A stretch of 48,311 bases of DNA, counting the filler, from Globobulimina sp. (Eukaryota): assembly GCA_003354225.1 (NCBI GenBank). It is 44 parts of 44 records of this genome, joined end to end, with 100 filler letters (N's around TTAATTAATTAA, not from the genome) between each part and the next. Parts side by side here need not be neighbours in the genome. Positions count along the whole stretch, not along the records: positions 1 to 1,001 come from PIVH01026174.1; positions 1,102 to 2,102 come from PIVH01026175.1; positions 2,203 to 3,203 come from PIVH01026176.1; positions 3,304 to 4,304 come from PIVH01026177.1; positions 4,405 to 5,405 come from PIVH01026178.1; positions 5,506 to 6,506 come from PIVH01026179.1; positions 6,607 to 7,607 come from PIVH01026180.1; positions 7,708 to 8,708 come from PIVH01026181.1; 36 more parts are not named here. One strand, written 5' to 3'. Under the pieces are notes generated by a model. The model saw only the letters and a list, made by a program, of their open reading frames with translations, ran no database searches and was not told the origin of the DNA. Position 1 is the stretch's first letter. Each line of letters starts with the position of its first letter. Below are positions 1 through 10,910 of the stretch, piece by piece. A program made the position numbers and the translations under genes.

Positions 1-339
1 AAAGATAAATATCCATCGCATTTGCAGGGAAAACATGAGCCAGCAATACCAAAAAAATCAGTGTTTAAAAGAAATAAAAAAAAGAGATTTGAAAATAAAA
101 TAAATGAAAATAATATAAAGCAACAAACTCAATTATCAGAATATGCAGCAGATAATATACACAATGATAAGTTGGATGAATTACATAAAGGCATAAAAAT
201 ATTAAATGAAATGGCAAATGATACATTGAGTGAGTTACATGAGCATAATATTATTATTGATGATATATCACAGAAAATGGAGGAAACAATGCCGAGAATG
301 CAAAAACAAAATTATACAATGCAGAAAATATGTCGTTGA
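1..339 (+). CDS. t-SNARE (SNAP-25-like/Qc) coiled-coil, C-terminal fragment
   Basis: DKLDELHKGIKILNEMANDTLSELHEHNIIIDDISQKMEET fits the SNARE heptad pattern; ends without a TM anchor, like SNAP-25; frame open from position 1. Confidence 0.7.
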   Translation, partial: KDKYPSHLQGKHEPAIPKKSVFKRNKKKRFENKINENNIKQQTQLSEYAADNIHNDKLDELHKGIKILNEMANDTLSELHEHNIIIDDISQKMEETMPRMQKQNYTMQKICR

Positions 340-644
340 ATTCACTTTAATTGTGATGTGTTTGAATGATTTGATTGATGTGCGCATGAGTTATCTGCTA
401 AAATATCGGTCATAATCATATATTTTAAGTTTGAATTGTTTGTTTGAACGATATATATATTCAGATATATATAACCCACCTCTTGAGTTCCCAACAAACG
501 TGAAAAACCGAGATAATGGTATACATCCAGGGTTATCTTTTTAATACTTAGCAGCTGCATCATCGGCTCCAACAAGTATGAAAATTCGCACCACGAATTA
601 CAAGAAAGATCTAATTCACCGCTTTGGTTACATATCCAATCAAA

Positions 645-1001
645 ATGATATTTTATTTGTGGCTGATTAGCGTTATAAACTTTCTGTTTACAGCTCAATG
701 CATCGAATGCAAGAAAATCAAGTGCTTTAAGGGAAATAATCCAATTCGAAAGGTGGCACAATTGACAACTGTGACAAAAGATAAACTTGAAAGAGATTTG
801 ACACCTTCAGAAGAACAAACATTACCAATACATGGCATAACAAAGCAAATAAACCCATGGTATTCAAACAATAAAAGACCGATTGGATTATTTGTGATTG
901 GTCCACCTGCTGTTTCTAAAACATCTGCAATGGATTTTGTTAAACAAAACGTAAATACTTTTGGAATAAAACTAAAATCTCAAGATACGTTACATTTAGA
1001 T
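645..1001 (+). CDS. Signal-peptide protein with a P-loop-like motif (partial)
   Basis: Hydrophobic N-terminus MIFYLWLISVINFLFTAQC, then GLFVIGPPAVSKTS (Walker A-like, Ser replacing the Gly before Lys); truncated at contig end. Confidence 0.45.
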
Positions 1002-1101
1002 NNNNNNNNNNNNNNNNNNNNNNNNNNNNNNNNNNNNNNNNNNNNTTAATTAATTAANNNNNNNNNNNNNNNNNNNNNNNNNNNNNNNNNNNNNNNNNNN
1101 N
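1002..1101. other. Artificial contig-joining linker N44-TTAATTAATTAA-N44 (first of 43; recurs every 1101 bp, then every 1100 bp from 12012; last at 47212-47311)
   Basis: Identical 100-nt spacer at regular intervals; TTAATTAATTAA gives stops in all six frames; flanking sequences are unrelated in content and composition. Confidence 0.99.
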
Positions 1102-1803
1102 ACCATTAACTATTTAGCCCATATACTAAAATTAAATGATAATAATATTGTAAAAATTGCTTTACTAGAACAAATACAAACTTACAATAATAATTCGAAC
1201 CCTAAAATATGGCTAACCCATGCCATAAAATGCTGCAACAAATATAATATAGACCCGTACAATATCCCCAAATCAGACAAAGTTAAAGAAATCATAAATC
1301 ACTATTGGAATCAAAAATATAACAATATTCTCGAAAATGCAGGAACTCTGGTGCATTATCGGGATAAATCAAATCCGAAAATAAATTATAAATTGAATCT
1401 TCATACAGGAGGCGACTTCTGGCTAAAAATAAAAGCTGGATGTTTGGTAATAAATGATAGAGTAAACGGTGTATGTACAAGATGTGACAAAAATAAACTA
1501 GAAACTGCGGAACATCTAATGTGGGAATGTGAACAAAATATTTATTTAAACGAATATGAAAATAATATTAAGAAATTATGGTCTTTAATACCGGACAATA
1601 TAAATGGTCATATTAAACCAAATTATAATTCATGTAATGATACAGAACGAATAGAATATTTATTCTTAGCAACTGACTACATCCTTAGCGATGCTGCCTC
1701 AGGAATAATAATAAATTTGACAGGAAACATAATTAAAGATGCATACAAAAATAGACCGGAAACTATAGAATATCAAGCACGATTCAATATAAATTATAAA
1801 TAA
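1102..1803 (+). mobile_element. Non-LTR retrotransposon ORF2 C-terminal region with CCHC zinc finger
   Basis: Frame open from 1102 (TINYLAHILKLNDNNIVK...) through CTRCDKNKLETAEHLMWEC, the CX2C...EX2EHX4C motif of LINE RT C-termini; A-rich tail after stop. Confidence 0.75.
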
Positions 1804-2202
1804 ATCAATAAATAATACGACTTCATAATGGTGTTTCAATGGTCAATTGGATGTCAATGGCAAATCAAATCATATGAAGAATTCCAAGATGAGAGAAATC
1901 AAGTTGATGAATCCCAATTGGAAAGAACCAAATGAAGATGAGAATGCTGATGACAAATGAAATGATGACCAAAGAATCAAACCATAAAATAAAACATCAT
2001 CTTGCACCAATAAAATTTGTGATATTACTAGTTTGTGATATACCTGTGCCATGTAGCTTATGTTATAAGTCCACGCAATACTGAAATAAATTGTTCCTGA
2101 CCNNNNNNNNNNNNNNNNNNNNNNNNNNNNNNNNNNNNNNNNNNNNTTAATTAATTAANNNNNNNNNNNNNNNNNNNNNNNNNNNNNNNNNNNNNNNNNN
2201 NN

Positions 2203-2241
2203 GGATTGCGCGACATTCTCGATCCAAAGGGGCGCGAATAA
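2203..2241 (+). CDS. Bacterial peptide ABC transporter permease (OppC/DppC) C-terminal end
   Basis: GLRDILDPKGRE* matches the GDGLRDxLDP terminus; stop overlaps the next ATG (TAATG). Confidence 0.75.
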   Translation, partial: GLRDILDPKGRE

Positions 2242-2417
2242 TGGAAAACAGTCTTCTCTCCATCCAGAACTATCGATTGAACTTCAACACGTTTGACGGC
2301 ACCTATCACGCACTGGACGGGGTAAACTTGTCCGTGGCGCGGGGCGAAACACTGGGGATCGTCGGGGAAACCGGGTGCGGAAAATCCGTCACGGTCCGCA
2401 ATATTCTGGGTTTGCTT
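2241..2417 (+). CDS. Bacterial peptide ABC transporter ATP-binding subunit (OppD/DppD) N-terminal fragment, truncated at a chimeric junction
   Basis: HALDGVNLSVARGETLGIVGETGCGKSVT with Walker A; GC-richer than the rest of the contig. Confidence 0.88.
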
Positions 2418-3203
2418 CGAAGCCACAAAAACTTGAAATAAGATTAGCGAGATCTGTGACCGGAACATGTTCTATTAACTTATTTACCATATTTATCTGG
2501 CATTGTTTATGTGCAATTTGATGATATTCTTTTGCTTTCAATAACTCTTTTTTTTTCTCGTCGTCAATTACATATCGATTATTTGTATTTTGTTCATCTT
2601 CCAACCACTGATAATCCATCGTATCATCTTTAATCGAAATCAGCTGTTTACAGTTAATAAACGTATTTAATATCTCGTCGTTTAAATCAATCAAACAACA
2701 AAAAGGCACATATAATTGGTTCACGCTCGAATTTGATAGAAAATGCATAAACGCGTTCGCCACATCTTTGGTAAAGAAGCTATTCTCAGAGCCAATCATT
2801 TCTACATATAATCTCTTTAAATATTTCGAATGCGCTAAATTATTAAATAGTAAATAAAAAAAAAAGGAGATTTTGTTACAATAACACGGATTCCTACTAA
2901 ATGACGCTTTGTCCAAATGTTCAAACAACGGAAATAACTGCAACGTTTCAATCGTGTTTTCTATGCTGGACAGAGAATCTACAAATAATTGCAAAGAATC
3001 CTTTGTTGTGTCATCAAAAATAAATAAAGGTAATTGTAGAGCTGTGAGGGTATGGAATTTATGTATTTTATTTAGAGACATTGAAATTATGTCTAAATCG
3101 ATTCTCTCCGCTCTTATTAATTGAGATTCGTTGCAAATTAACTTCTTTATATATTTTAATTGGCCGAATTCTTCAAAAAAGGATTTCATTGCATCACACC
3201 CAT
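2389..3203 (-). CDS. Leucine-rich-repeat-like hypothetical protein (AT-rich, eukaryote-like; partial)
   Basis: 266-aa ORF with LxxLxL repeats (TLTALQL, TIETLQL, YLKRLYV); last codons run into the bacterial segment. Confidence 0.45.
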
Positions 3204-3303
3204 NNNNNNNNNNNNNNNNNNNNNNNNNNNNNNNNNNNNNNNNNNNNTTAATTAATTAANNNNNNNNNNNNNNNNNNNNNNNNNNNNNNNNNNNNNNNNN
3301 NNN

Positions 3304-3837
3304 ATTGTGAAATTTGATAAATATGAAGGACTAAGTTGCATTCCTGAGATACCAGGTTGTGTTGCCATTACACCTACAATCAGTGAATGGACTAGTAGCA
3401 GAGGTAAAACATTTACAAGACATCAAATACCTTTAAAATTAGGATGGGGAATAACTATACACAAAAGCCAAGGCCAAACCTTGAGCAAAGTTTGGATTCA
3501 TCTTGAAAATGCTAGGTGGGCGCCAGGATTAGCATATGTTGCTATATCCAGAGTAAAGAAATTAAAAGATTTAGTAATTGACCCATTTGCGTATGACTTT
3601 TTAACTCGTTTACAAAAATCGTCTGTCATCAGATTAAGAAAAGAAGAACAAAGACGTGTACAATCACTTTTTCATGAATTATTGATTCAACAGCGTGCAA
3701 AAAAAACTGCAGAGAAAACAAAAGACTTTACCTTTGAAAATGAAGTTGATATGACACGTGAAAGTGAAAGTGACTCAGATATTATGGATATCGATGAGGA
3801 AGAAATTTGGCATTTGACATCACAGACTACTAAATAA
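3304..3837 (+). CDS. Pif1-family SF1B helicase C-terminal part, Helitron/transposon-like
   Basis: RHQIPLKLGWGITIHKSQGQTL (motifs IV/V) and GLAYVAISRV (motif VI); acidic tail. Confidence 0.9.
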   Translation: MVKFDKYEGLSCIPEIPGCVAITPTISEWTSSRGKTFTRHQIPLKLGWGITIHKSQGQTLSKVWIHLENARWAPGLAYVAISRVKKLKDLVIDPFAYDFLTRLQKSSVIRLRKEEQRRVQSLFHELLIQQRAKKTAEKTKDFTFENEVDMTRESESDSDIMDIDEEEIWHLTSQTTK

Positions 3838-4233
3838 AAAAATGCATTAAAAGATGTTAGCACCTAAAACACCTAAATGACATTTGTTTTGAATGACATG
3901 TGTTTTTTATTGATTTAATAAAATTTAAATTTTTATGTGATTCCACAGACTTTTTCGAACTCCAATATATCATAACCTACAGAACCTAAATTTTGAATTA
4001 GATACTTGTAAAAGAATTTTTTAAAATACAATATCAGTTCAACTCAAATCACCATTTTACAACAACAAAAAATTTCCATGCCTCTTGCATCTAGTCGTCT
4101 TGCCTCTGGGTTGATAGGTCAGGGAGAGCCGGGTATTAGTTATTACTAGCTGCCAAGGACTGAATTTCCCCTCCGGCCACAGCCCTTGAGAATTAGTGCA
4201 ACGACTTTCTCTGGAACTACACTTGATTATTTG

Positions 4234-4304
4234 ATTAAAGCGGCGAATTATTTGAAGCAAATGCCGTCACGTATTAAGGCGGCAAATATTAAAAGGAAAG
4301 CCGT
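4234..4304. repeat. Tandem ~37-bp repeat containing hairpin GCCGTC-ACGTATTAA-GGCGGC (4263-4283)
   Basis: Partial copy attaaagcggcga at 4234, full hairpin at 4263-4283, next copy starts gccgt at 4300; same motif at 11631-11930. Confidence 0.75.
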
Positions 4305-4404
4305 NNNNNNNNNNNNNNNNNNNNNNNNNNNNNNNNNNNNNNNNNNNNTTAATTAATTAANNNNNNNNNNNNNNNNNNNNNNNNNNNNNNNNNNNNNNNN
4401 NNNN

Positions 4405-5405
4405 CCCGGTCAAATTGATAAAGCCATAAATCTCGTGCGTAATAATCCATTTATCGAAGGTGCTAAAATCATTGCACAGTTTGCATTGAATAAAAGAGAT
4501 ATTGTGACATGTATTGAATTTTTAGTTTTGTCAAAAGATTTCAACAAAGCGTTCGATTTGGCCAAATCGTATAATTACATTGATATTTACAAACAACATC
4601 TGGATAAAAACCAAAACAAAAAGCAATTTCAACATATCGCAGAATTTTATATTTCAAATAAACCGCCTGATTATGCCAATGCTGCTAAATGTTATTTAAA
4701 ATCCTCGTTATTTCAAGATGCATTAACTAATTTTATTCGAGCTGAAGATGGAATTAATGAATATTTAGATGATATTTTGAACATAGTTGGACAGGGCAAT
4801 CAGGATAAAAATATAATTAATATTATATTAGAATATATCCAGAATAATACAATTGAGAACAAAACAACTTTATTCAGATTATATTTGGCCATCGGCGATA
4901 TTGACTTAGCGACAAAAATGTCAATTGACATTTCTGCACAGCAACAAAGAATGGGTAAATATCAAAATGCGCATGACATCGTATTCGAAATGGTGCGGGA
5001 ATTACTATCGAATGGCATAACAAATAAACAGTTGTCCTCCACTCTGTTATTATTGCACAGTTATTTGTTGGTCAAATTATTATTGAAAAAGAATGATAAT
5101 TATTTAGCGGCAAAAATGTTAATTCGAGTTTGTGAGTCAATCTCGAAATTCCCATCGCATACCGTACAAATTTTAACATCCACAGTCATACAGTGTCAGA
5201 AAACTGCTTTTTATAAATATGCCATTGAATACGCAAATTATTTAATGCGACCTGAATATAGGAAACAAATTATGGTTAAATATAAAAAGAAAATTGAATC
5301 CATTGTAAGACATAGTTACAAGAAACAACAACGTAAAGAAGAGAAAGAGGAAAAGGAAGACCAAGGCGAAGAAGAAGAAGTATCAGAATGCCCATATTGT
5401 AAAAT
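4405..5405 (+). CDS. WDR19: Intraflagellar transport protein IFT144/WDR19, C-terminal region (partial)
   Basis: LLLHSYLLVK...AAKMLIRVCESISKFPSHTVQILTSTVIQCQK...LMRPEYRKQI..KYKKKIESIVR...CPYC matches the conserved WDR19 C-terminus. Confidence 0.9.
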
Positions 5406-5505
5406 NNNNNNNNNNNNNNNNNNNNNNNNNNNNNNNNNNNNNNNNNNNNTTAATTAATTAANNNNNNNNNNNNNNNNNNNNNNNNNNNNNNNNNNNNNNN
5501 NNNNN

Positions 5506-6207
5506 AATATAATTCAAATCATCCATTATGGCAGACTCTGTAGCTCTTAATGTCAAATCCAAAGCATCTGTCCTTTGTTGATGATGAATGTAATGTTTAT
5601 CAAACTCCTTACGGACTTTATCAGTTTTATGCAAAAGTAATGGTTCCTTTGCGTCTAATTGTTTGCGTGCATCATTAAATATATCTGTTATTCGTTTGTT
5701 TTGTTGAATTAAATCGGAATTACAAATTTGTATTCTTTGTATATAATTTCTTATTTGTTGTTGGTTGTGATCTTTTTTGAGAATGTACTGATCCCTGATT
5801 TGGCTCAGATGAACTCGGAGAGCCTTCAGGTTTTGGATACATTTTTTTATGTCGGTCAGTGCAGTGTGTTCTGTGTCAGATACTGACAATACAGGGACTG
5901 ACTGGTTATATAAACCTTGATGTTGTTGTATAGCGGCCATAATTTGGGGTATAATGTCTGGGTTCGATACAATGCGATGGTCCGCTATTAATTTGGAGAA
6001 ATTCTCATGAAAGTTTATAGCGGGCGCAGTGGACATATTGTTATCGAGAAACACCTGCCTTATTGATGTTAATCTGTGTTTTTTAATCCATTCTTCAAAT
6101 TCAAATACAAAATCGCCGATGGATATGGCACACATTTCACTCATTTTAGGTTGAGATAAATTTGACTGTTCTTTACTGACAAAAAGAGACTCATAATTGT
6201 CATACAT
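5506..6207 (-). CDS. Hypothetical protein with SAM-like N-terminal segment and long coiled coil (partial)
   Basis: FEEWIKKHRLTSIRQVFLDNNM followed by a Q/K-rich heptad region; open to contig end. Confidence 0.5.
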
Positions 6208-6606
6208 ATGGAATGCAGCTGATCCTTTAGTAAGTTACTTATATGATCATTTCAACTGTGACTTTATTAGTTAGTTACTCGGCGTTATTATCCCATTGAT
6301 CATTTCAATACTGGTTCTGTTTATATAATAAATATATATCATTTGTTATTTTCTCATATAAACGATCCATTATAATAGCAACAAGTTTTGCAGATATGAA
6401 CTACATTCTGCTTTCCCTTGAAAAAACGACCTGTGGGGGGTTTCTATTAAAACACATCGTTCAGTTTCAAACTCTGAAAATACGAGCTCTTTCTGGGAAA
6501 ACATCANNNNNNNNNNNNNNNNNNNNNNNNNNNNNNNNNNNNNNNNNNNNTTAATTAATTAANNNNNNNNNNNNNNNNNNNNNNNNNNNNNNNNNNNNNN
6601 NNNNNN

Positions 6607-7606
6607 AAGGCAGGTAGTTCCGGTGCTCATAAACTAGTTCAAGCAGTATCATGGTTCCTTCAATAATGTGGTTCAGAAAAAAGAATAAGATGCAATATGC
6701 GATGAAAGGACGTTTTTTTAAGAAATAGAGTGAAACGCCAATCAGAACAATAATAATAAACATAGACGGAAGTGTCGTCCAGGGAACAAGAAATGATCTT
6801 GAAATGTCCATATCATGTAGAAGGGTCATTCTTGAATTTAATGGATAAACGAGCAGACTGATATAAAAAAGAATGACACGTGGCTGGGTAAGCAGCCTTT
6901 CAAAAAGTGTGAACGGTCGATTTCTGTAACCGTTTAGAATGGACACTACGTCTGTATACAAAAGCCCAATGATAATAAATAGTGAAATCGTGGCCACAAC
7001 CAGCCCAACGAATTTTTTTAAAGTAATTCCATCTGCATTCTGAATCAAAAAAAAATCAAGCAGAAGCAGACTCACCGGAAGCATCGCTGTATTTTCCTTA
7101 CTGGCAAAGGCAAGACATGCTGTGATGCCGCACATAATATAAAAGACAATCTGTTTGGGTCTTCCGTGTACAGTTCTTGCCTTGAGGTAATAATACATGG
7201 ACATGATATAAAACATGGCAGCAAGGCTTGCTATTCTTTGTACGATATATGTGACGGCTGTCACATGAACAGGATGGGTGGCCCATAAAAAGGCAGATAA
7301 AAGTGCAGCATTATAAGCGATAGTGCCATATTTCCGGTTTAGCAGGGGAAGTCGGAATATTTTATACACAAATAAAAATAGAAAAACAGATGCCGTATAA
7401 TGGATAAAAAAATTTACAATATGATACCCGAGAACACCGGTTTTACCGAAATAATAATTCAGACCGAATGTCAGATACGAGACCGGGCGTAATATGCGTT
7501 TTTTAGTTATGCTTATTCCGTAAAAGGTTTCTTTAATATTTTCCCATGACAGGTTTTTTATATGAACATTTGAGTTGTTTACAATATTAGCAAAATCATC
7601 ATAATG
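6607..7606 (-). CDS. Bacterial TMTC-like (GT-C, DUF1736-type) membrane protein, internal fragment
   Basis: Frame open across the contig: HYDDFANIVNN, RPVSYLTF, LWATHPVHVTAVTYIVQR, LAFASKENTA, ERLLTQPRV, LELVYEHRNYLP; no introns. Confidence 0.85.
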
Positions 7607-7707
7607 CNNNNNNNNNNNNNNNNNNNNNNNNNNNNNNNNNNNNNNNNNNNNTTAATTAATTAANNNNNNNNNNNNNNNNNNNNNNNNNNNNNNNNNNNNN
7701 NNNNNNN

Positions 7708-8664
7708 CCAATGACAATGATTGGATCGATGGAAATATTGAATAAAGCAGGTAGATATTACAATGTACATAATGCAATTAATGATAGTGATTCTTTTTTC
7801 GATGTAAGATTAATTTCATTGCATTCGAAAATGGTAAATACCGCAAATAATTATCCGATATATTGTCATAATACAATTGATGATGTAGAATATTTGGATT
7901 TGATTATAATTCCTGGATTAGATGGAAATATTGAACAGCAGTTAAAGGTGAATTATGCTTTTGTAGATTGGGTTAGGCAAGAGTTTCAAAAAGGTGCAGA
8001 GATAGCAAGTATCTGTTCAGGAGCTTTCATATTGGCCGAAACCGGGTTGCTCAATGGTAAATCTGCCACCACACATTGGGCTGCTGCCGAATATTTTAAA
8101 AAGCAATATCCACAAATAAATATTTTAGCTCAGGAAATTATTGTTGACATGGGAAATATTTATAGCTCAGGTGGTGCTACCTCTTTTAATAACCTCATAA
8201 TTTATCTTATTGAGAAATTTTGTGGTAAAGAAGTAGCAAATTATATGGCTAAAATGTTATTAATTGATATTAATAAAGAACCACAATTAGCTTATGCAAT
8301 TTTTAGTGGTCAAAAACTACATGCTGATAAAGAAATTCTTTGTGCACAAAAATATATTGAGGAGAATTACAACAAACATATTTCACTGGATGAAATTTCG
8401 GGCGAAGTAGCCATTAGTAAACGCAATTTTATTCGTAGATTTAAAAATGCCACTGGGAATACACCACTTGAATATATTCAACGCGTAAAAGTTGAAGCGG
8501 TTAAAAAGGCTTTGGAGACTACTCAAAACGCAATTGAAGAAATTGTACGTAATATTGGATACGATGACATGACTACTTTTAGAAAATTATTTAAAAGAAT
8601 TACTGGAATTTCCCCGTACAAATATCGTAAGAAATATATGCATGTTGCTTATACAAAGATCTAG
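7708..8664 (+). CDS. GlxA-family transcriptional regulator (DJ-1/PfpI domain + AraC HTH), bacterial
   Basis: ASICSGAFILAETGLLNGKSATTHW, then SKRNFIRRFKNATGNTPLEYIQRVKVE...IGYDDMTTFRKLFKRITGISPYKYR. Confidence 0.93.
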   Translation, partial: PMTMIGSMEILNKAGRYYNVHNAINDSDSFFDVRLISLHSKMVNTANNYPIYCHNTIDDVEYLDLIIIPGLDGNIEQQLKVNYAFVDWVRQEFQKGAEIASICSGAFILAETGLLNGKSATTHWAAAEYFKKQYPQINILAQEIIVDMGNIYSSGGATSFNNLIIYLIEKFCGKEVANYMAKMLLIDINKEPQLAYAIFSGQKLHADKEILCAQKYIEENYNKHISLDEISGEVAISKRNFIRRFKNATGNTPLEYIQRVKVEAVKKALETTQNAIEEIVRNIGYDDMTTFRKLFKRITGISPYKYRKKYMHVAYTKI

Positions 8665-8808
8665 ATAGTCTTTCCCAATAATTCTATAACAGTCTCTCCA
8701 CCATCTGGNNNNNNNNNNNNNNNNNNNNNNNNNNNNNNNNNNNNNNNNNNNNTTAATTAATTAANNNNNNNNNNNNNNNNNNNNNNNNNNNNNNNNNNNN
8801 NNNNNNNN

Positions 8809-9633
8809 AAAACTCGGAAGGAATATATTGGAAATATTGCGTTATGCAAAGTTAATAAGATTGTGAGTGATAAGCATAAATATGTTATTTCTGTAACAAC
8901 TCCTTTACAAAGAACATATGTATTAAAAATGTTTAGTATTAGTGATTATGATAATTGGTTTAATGTATTATCATCACAAAAAGAGCAATTGTTAGTGGCC
9001 AATGATGATTATGATGTTAACACATATACAGATGAAGAAAAATGTGAATATAAACAAACACAAAGATTGTTGTTCAAGATACAAAATGATAATAAACTCT
9101 GCGCAGATTGCAACGCGTTATCACCAGTATGGATATCTATTAATATCGGAGTTTTGCTGTGTTTTGATTGTGCGGCAATACATCGTGATTTAAGGTGTGG
9201 TGTAACAAAAATACAAAGTTTAATGTTGGATAATTTGGATATAAATACATTGAAATGCATTGTAAATATTGGTGGTAATCAGAAATTAAATGGTGAGTTA
9301 TTGGAGTATAACTTATGTAAATCACATAAGATTAACTACAAAATGTGTAATGTGAAGCGCCGTGCAGAGTTTATTTGTTTTAAGTATGTTAAAAAGATGT
9401 ATATAAATACTAATAATTTGACAAATAAAGATTTTAATCAATATTTATTTGATTGTGCTGTGAATAATGATTGTTTTGGGATTATATTTGCTTTATGTAA
9501 TGGTGCCGATGTTAATCATTCATTCAAAATAAATAATGGCATGACAGCGTTACAAGCATCAATCTTACGAAATAATGACGAAGCTGAACGGATATTGTTT
9601 GCTAATGATGCATCCCCAATGGTTCAGATATAA
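8809..9633 (+). CDS. ArfGAP with PH and ankyrin domains (ACAP/ASAP-like), C-terminal part
   Basis: PH C-terminal helix DYDNWFNVL, ArfGAP CADCNALSPVWISINIGVLLCFDCAAIHR, ankyrin GADVN/TALQAS. Confidence 0.88.
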   Translation, partial: KTRKEYIGNIALCKVNKIVSDKHKYVISVTTPLQRTYVLKMFSISDYDNWFNVLSSQKEQLLVANDDYDVNTYTDEEKCEYKQTQRLLFKIQNDNKLCADCNALSPVWISINIGVLLCFDCAAIHRDLRCGVTKIQSLMLDNLDINTLKCIVNIGGNQKLNGELLEYNLCKSHKINYKMCNVKRRAEFICFKYVKKMYINTNNLTNKDFNQYLFDCAVNNDCFGIIFALCNGADVNHSFKINNGMTALQASILRNNDEAERILFANDASPMVQI

Positions 9634-9720
9634 TAAATTTTAACTGATTTTATTTTGATTTTGTGATTGTGATTATTGATACTCCATTCGCTACGTAGTG
9701 TTTTAATTTATGTGTTTTTT

Positions 9721-9786
9721 GGATCACGAGGTGTAATATGAATCTGACACGTATCTGATACGGTGTCAGCTTACACCTCGTGATCC
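9721..9786. repeat. 66-bp palindromic element
   Basis: Perfect 16-bp IR ggatcacgaggtgtaa/ttacacctcgtgatcc enclosing an inner IR ctgacacgtatc/gatacggtgtcag. Confidence 0.85.
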
Positions 9787-9968
9787 GTTTTTTTTGATGC
9801 TGAAGACAANNNNNNNNNNNNNNNNNNNNNNNNNNNNNNNNNNNNNNNNNNNNTTAATTAATTAANNNNNNNNNNNNNNNNNNNNNNNNNNNNNNNNNNN
9901 NNNNNNNNNCAACGGCGGTGAATAATTCAGACATATCTGACAATAAAGGTTTGTTTAATATTGCTTTG

Positions 9969-10910
9969 GCCATAGCTGTATCGATATCGATTAAATGTAA
10001 TGGATAAAGAGTGTTTAATCTTAATTCGCTTTTTAAGTTTGCATATTTTGCAGCAACATAAAGTTCTGAATATGTAAAGGAGTGTGTACGTTCACTGGTT
10101 AATACTTGATATTGTGTTGAAAGAGTATTATTTTTATAATATACCCAATACCAAAAGGTATAACCGGTGCTAAATACACCGTAAATTCGTCGATAAATAT
10201 CTGTATTGTTCATTTATTTGCATATACATAAAGTGATACAATTACGTATACATACAATTTTTGACATATTTACTCAAAGATTGTGCAAATTTAAGGTTTG
10301 TAATATGACGCAAAATATTACTATTTTTTTCCGAGACTTGGCTGATATCATATTTGATAGCATCAGAATCGTATTCTTGTTCGTGTAAATATTCAATTAT
10401 TGTTTCCAATTTCTTACTATATCCTTTATTTATCATTTCATTCGATATTAAATCTATAAATGGTGGATCTGTGTGATGCATATACAAATGTTGCAGATCG
10501 AATATATAAAATGATATACAAAGCAATATTAAACAAACCTTTATTGTCAGATATGTCTGAATTATTCACCGCCGTTGATGTTATATTAAATTTGCTAATA
10601 CGATGGAAATTAATTTGATTATTTTTAGGTTTTGATGTATGCGCAAATTGTTGATCAACAGTAATTAATTCAGTATCACCACTTGATTTATCTTCATCAC
10701 TTAATTTTGTATCATCTAAATCCCTTAATACTGATGGCCGTAATCTTAATCCTGTATCAAATTGATGCATCACATGACAATGAATTTGATCCAATAATTT
10801 TGTATAAAATATAGTTTGGCTGTTATCGGATATCGATTTGCATACCGTTTTCGAAAATATATTACAATTTGATACATCACATTCAAATTCCATATTTTTG
10901 GTAATATGAT
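9969..10910 (-). CDS. Intron-containing hypothetical protein (partial, three exons)
   Basis: ORFs 10438-10893, 10242-10526 and 9854-10213 join in frame via GT-AG introns (one at 10469-10538: DNK|DPPF; a second gtatgt...atacag: KN|YIYRR); motifs LDQIHC, EYDSDAI, FSTGYTFWYW. Confidence 0.7.

Noticed and set aside
342-761. Antisense or alternate-frame ORFs (also 2151-2468, 23644-24003, 26360-26652, 41961-42284)
   Set aside because: Shadows of better-supported genes with no recognisable motifs
2203-2417. Bacterium-to-eukaryote HGT at the fused contigs (also 23112 and 29712)
   Set aside because: Genes are cut mid-domain and the window shows other MDA-type chimeras; artefact is more parsimonious without read evidence
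9721-9795. Rho-independent terminator
   Set aside because: Hairpin plus T run follows a eukaryotic gene and the stem is much longer than typical terminators
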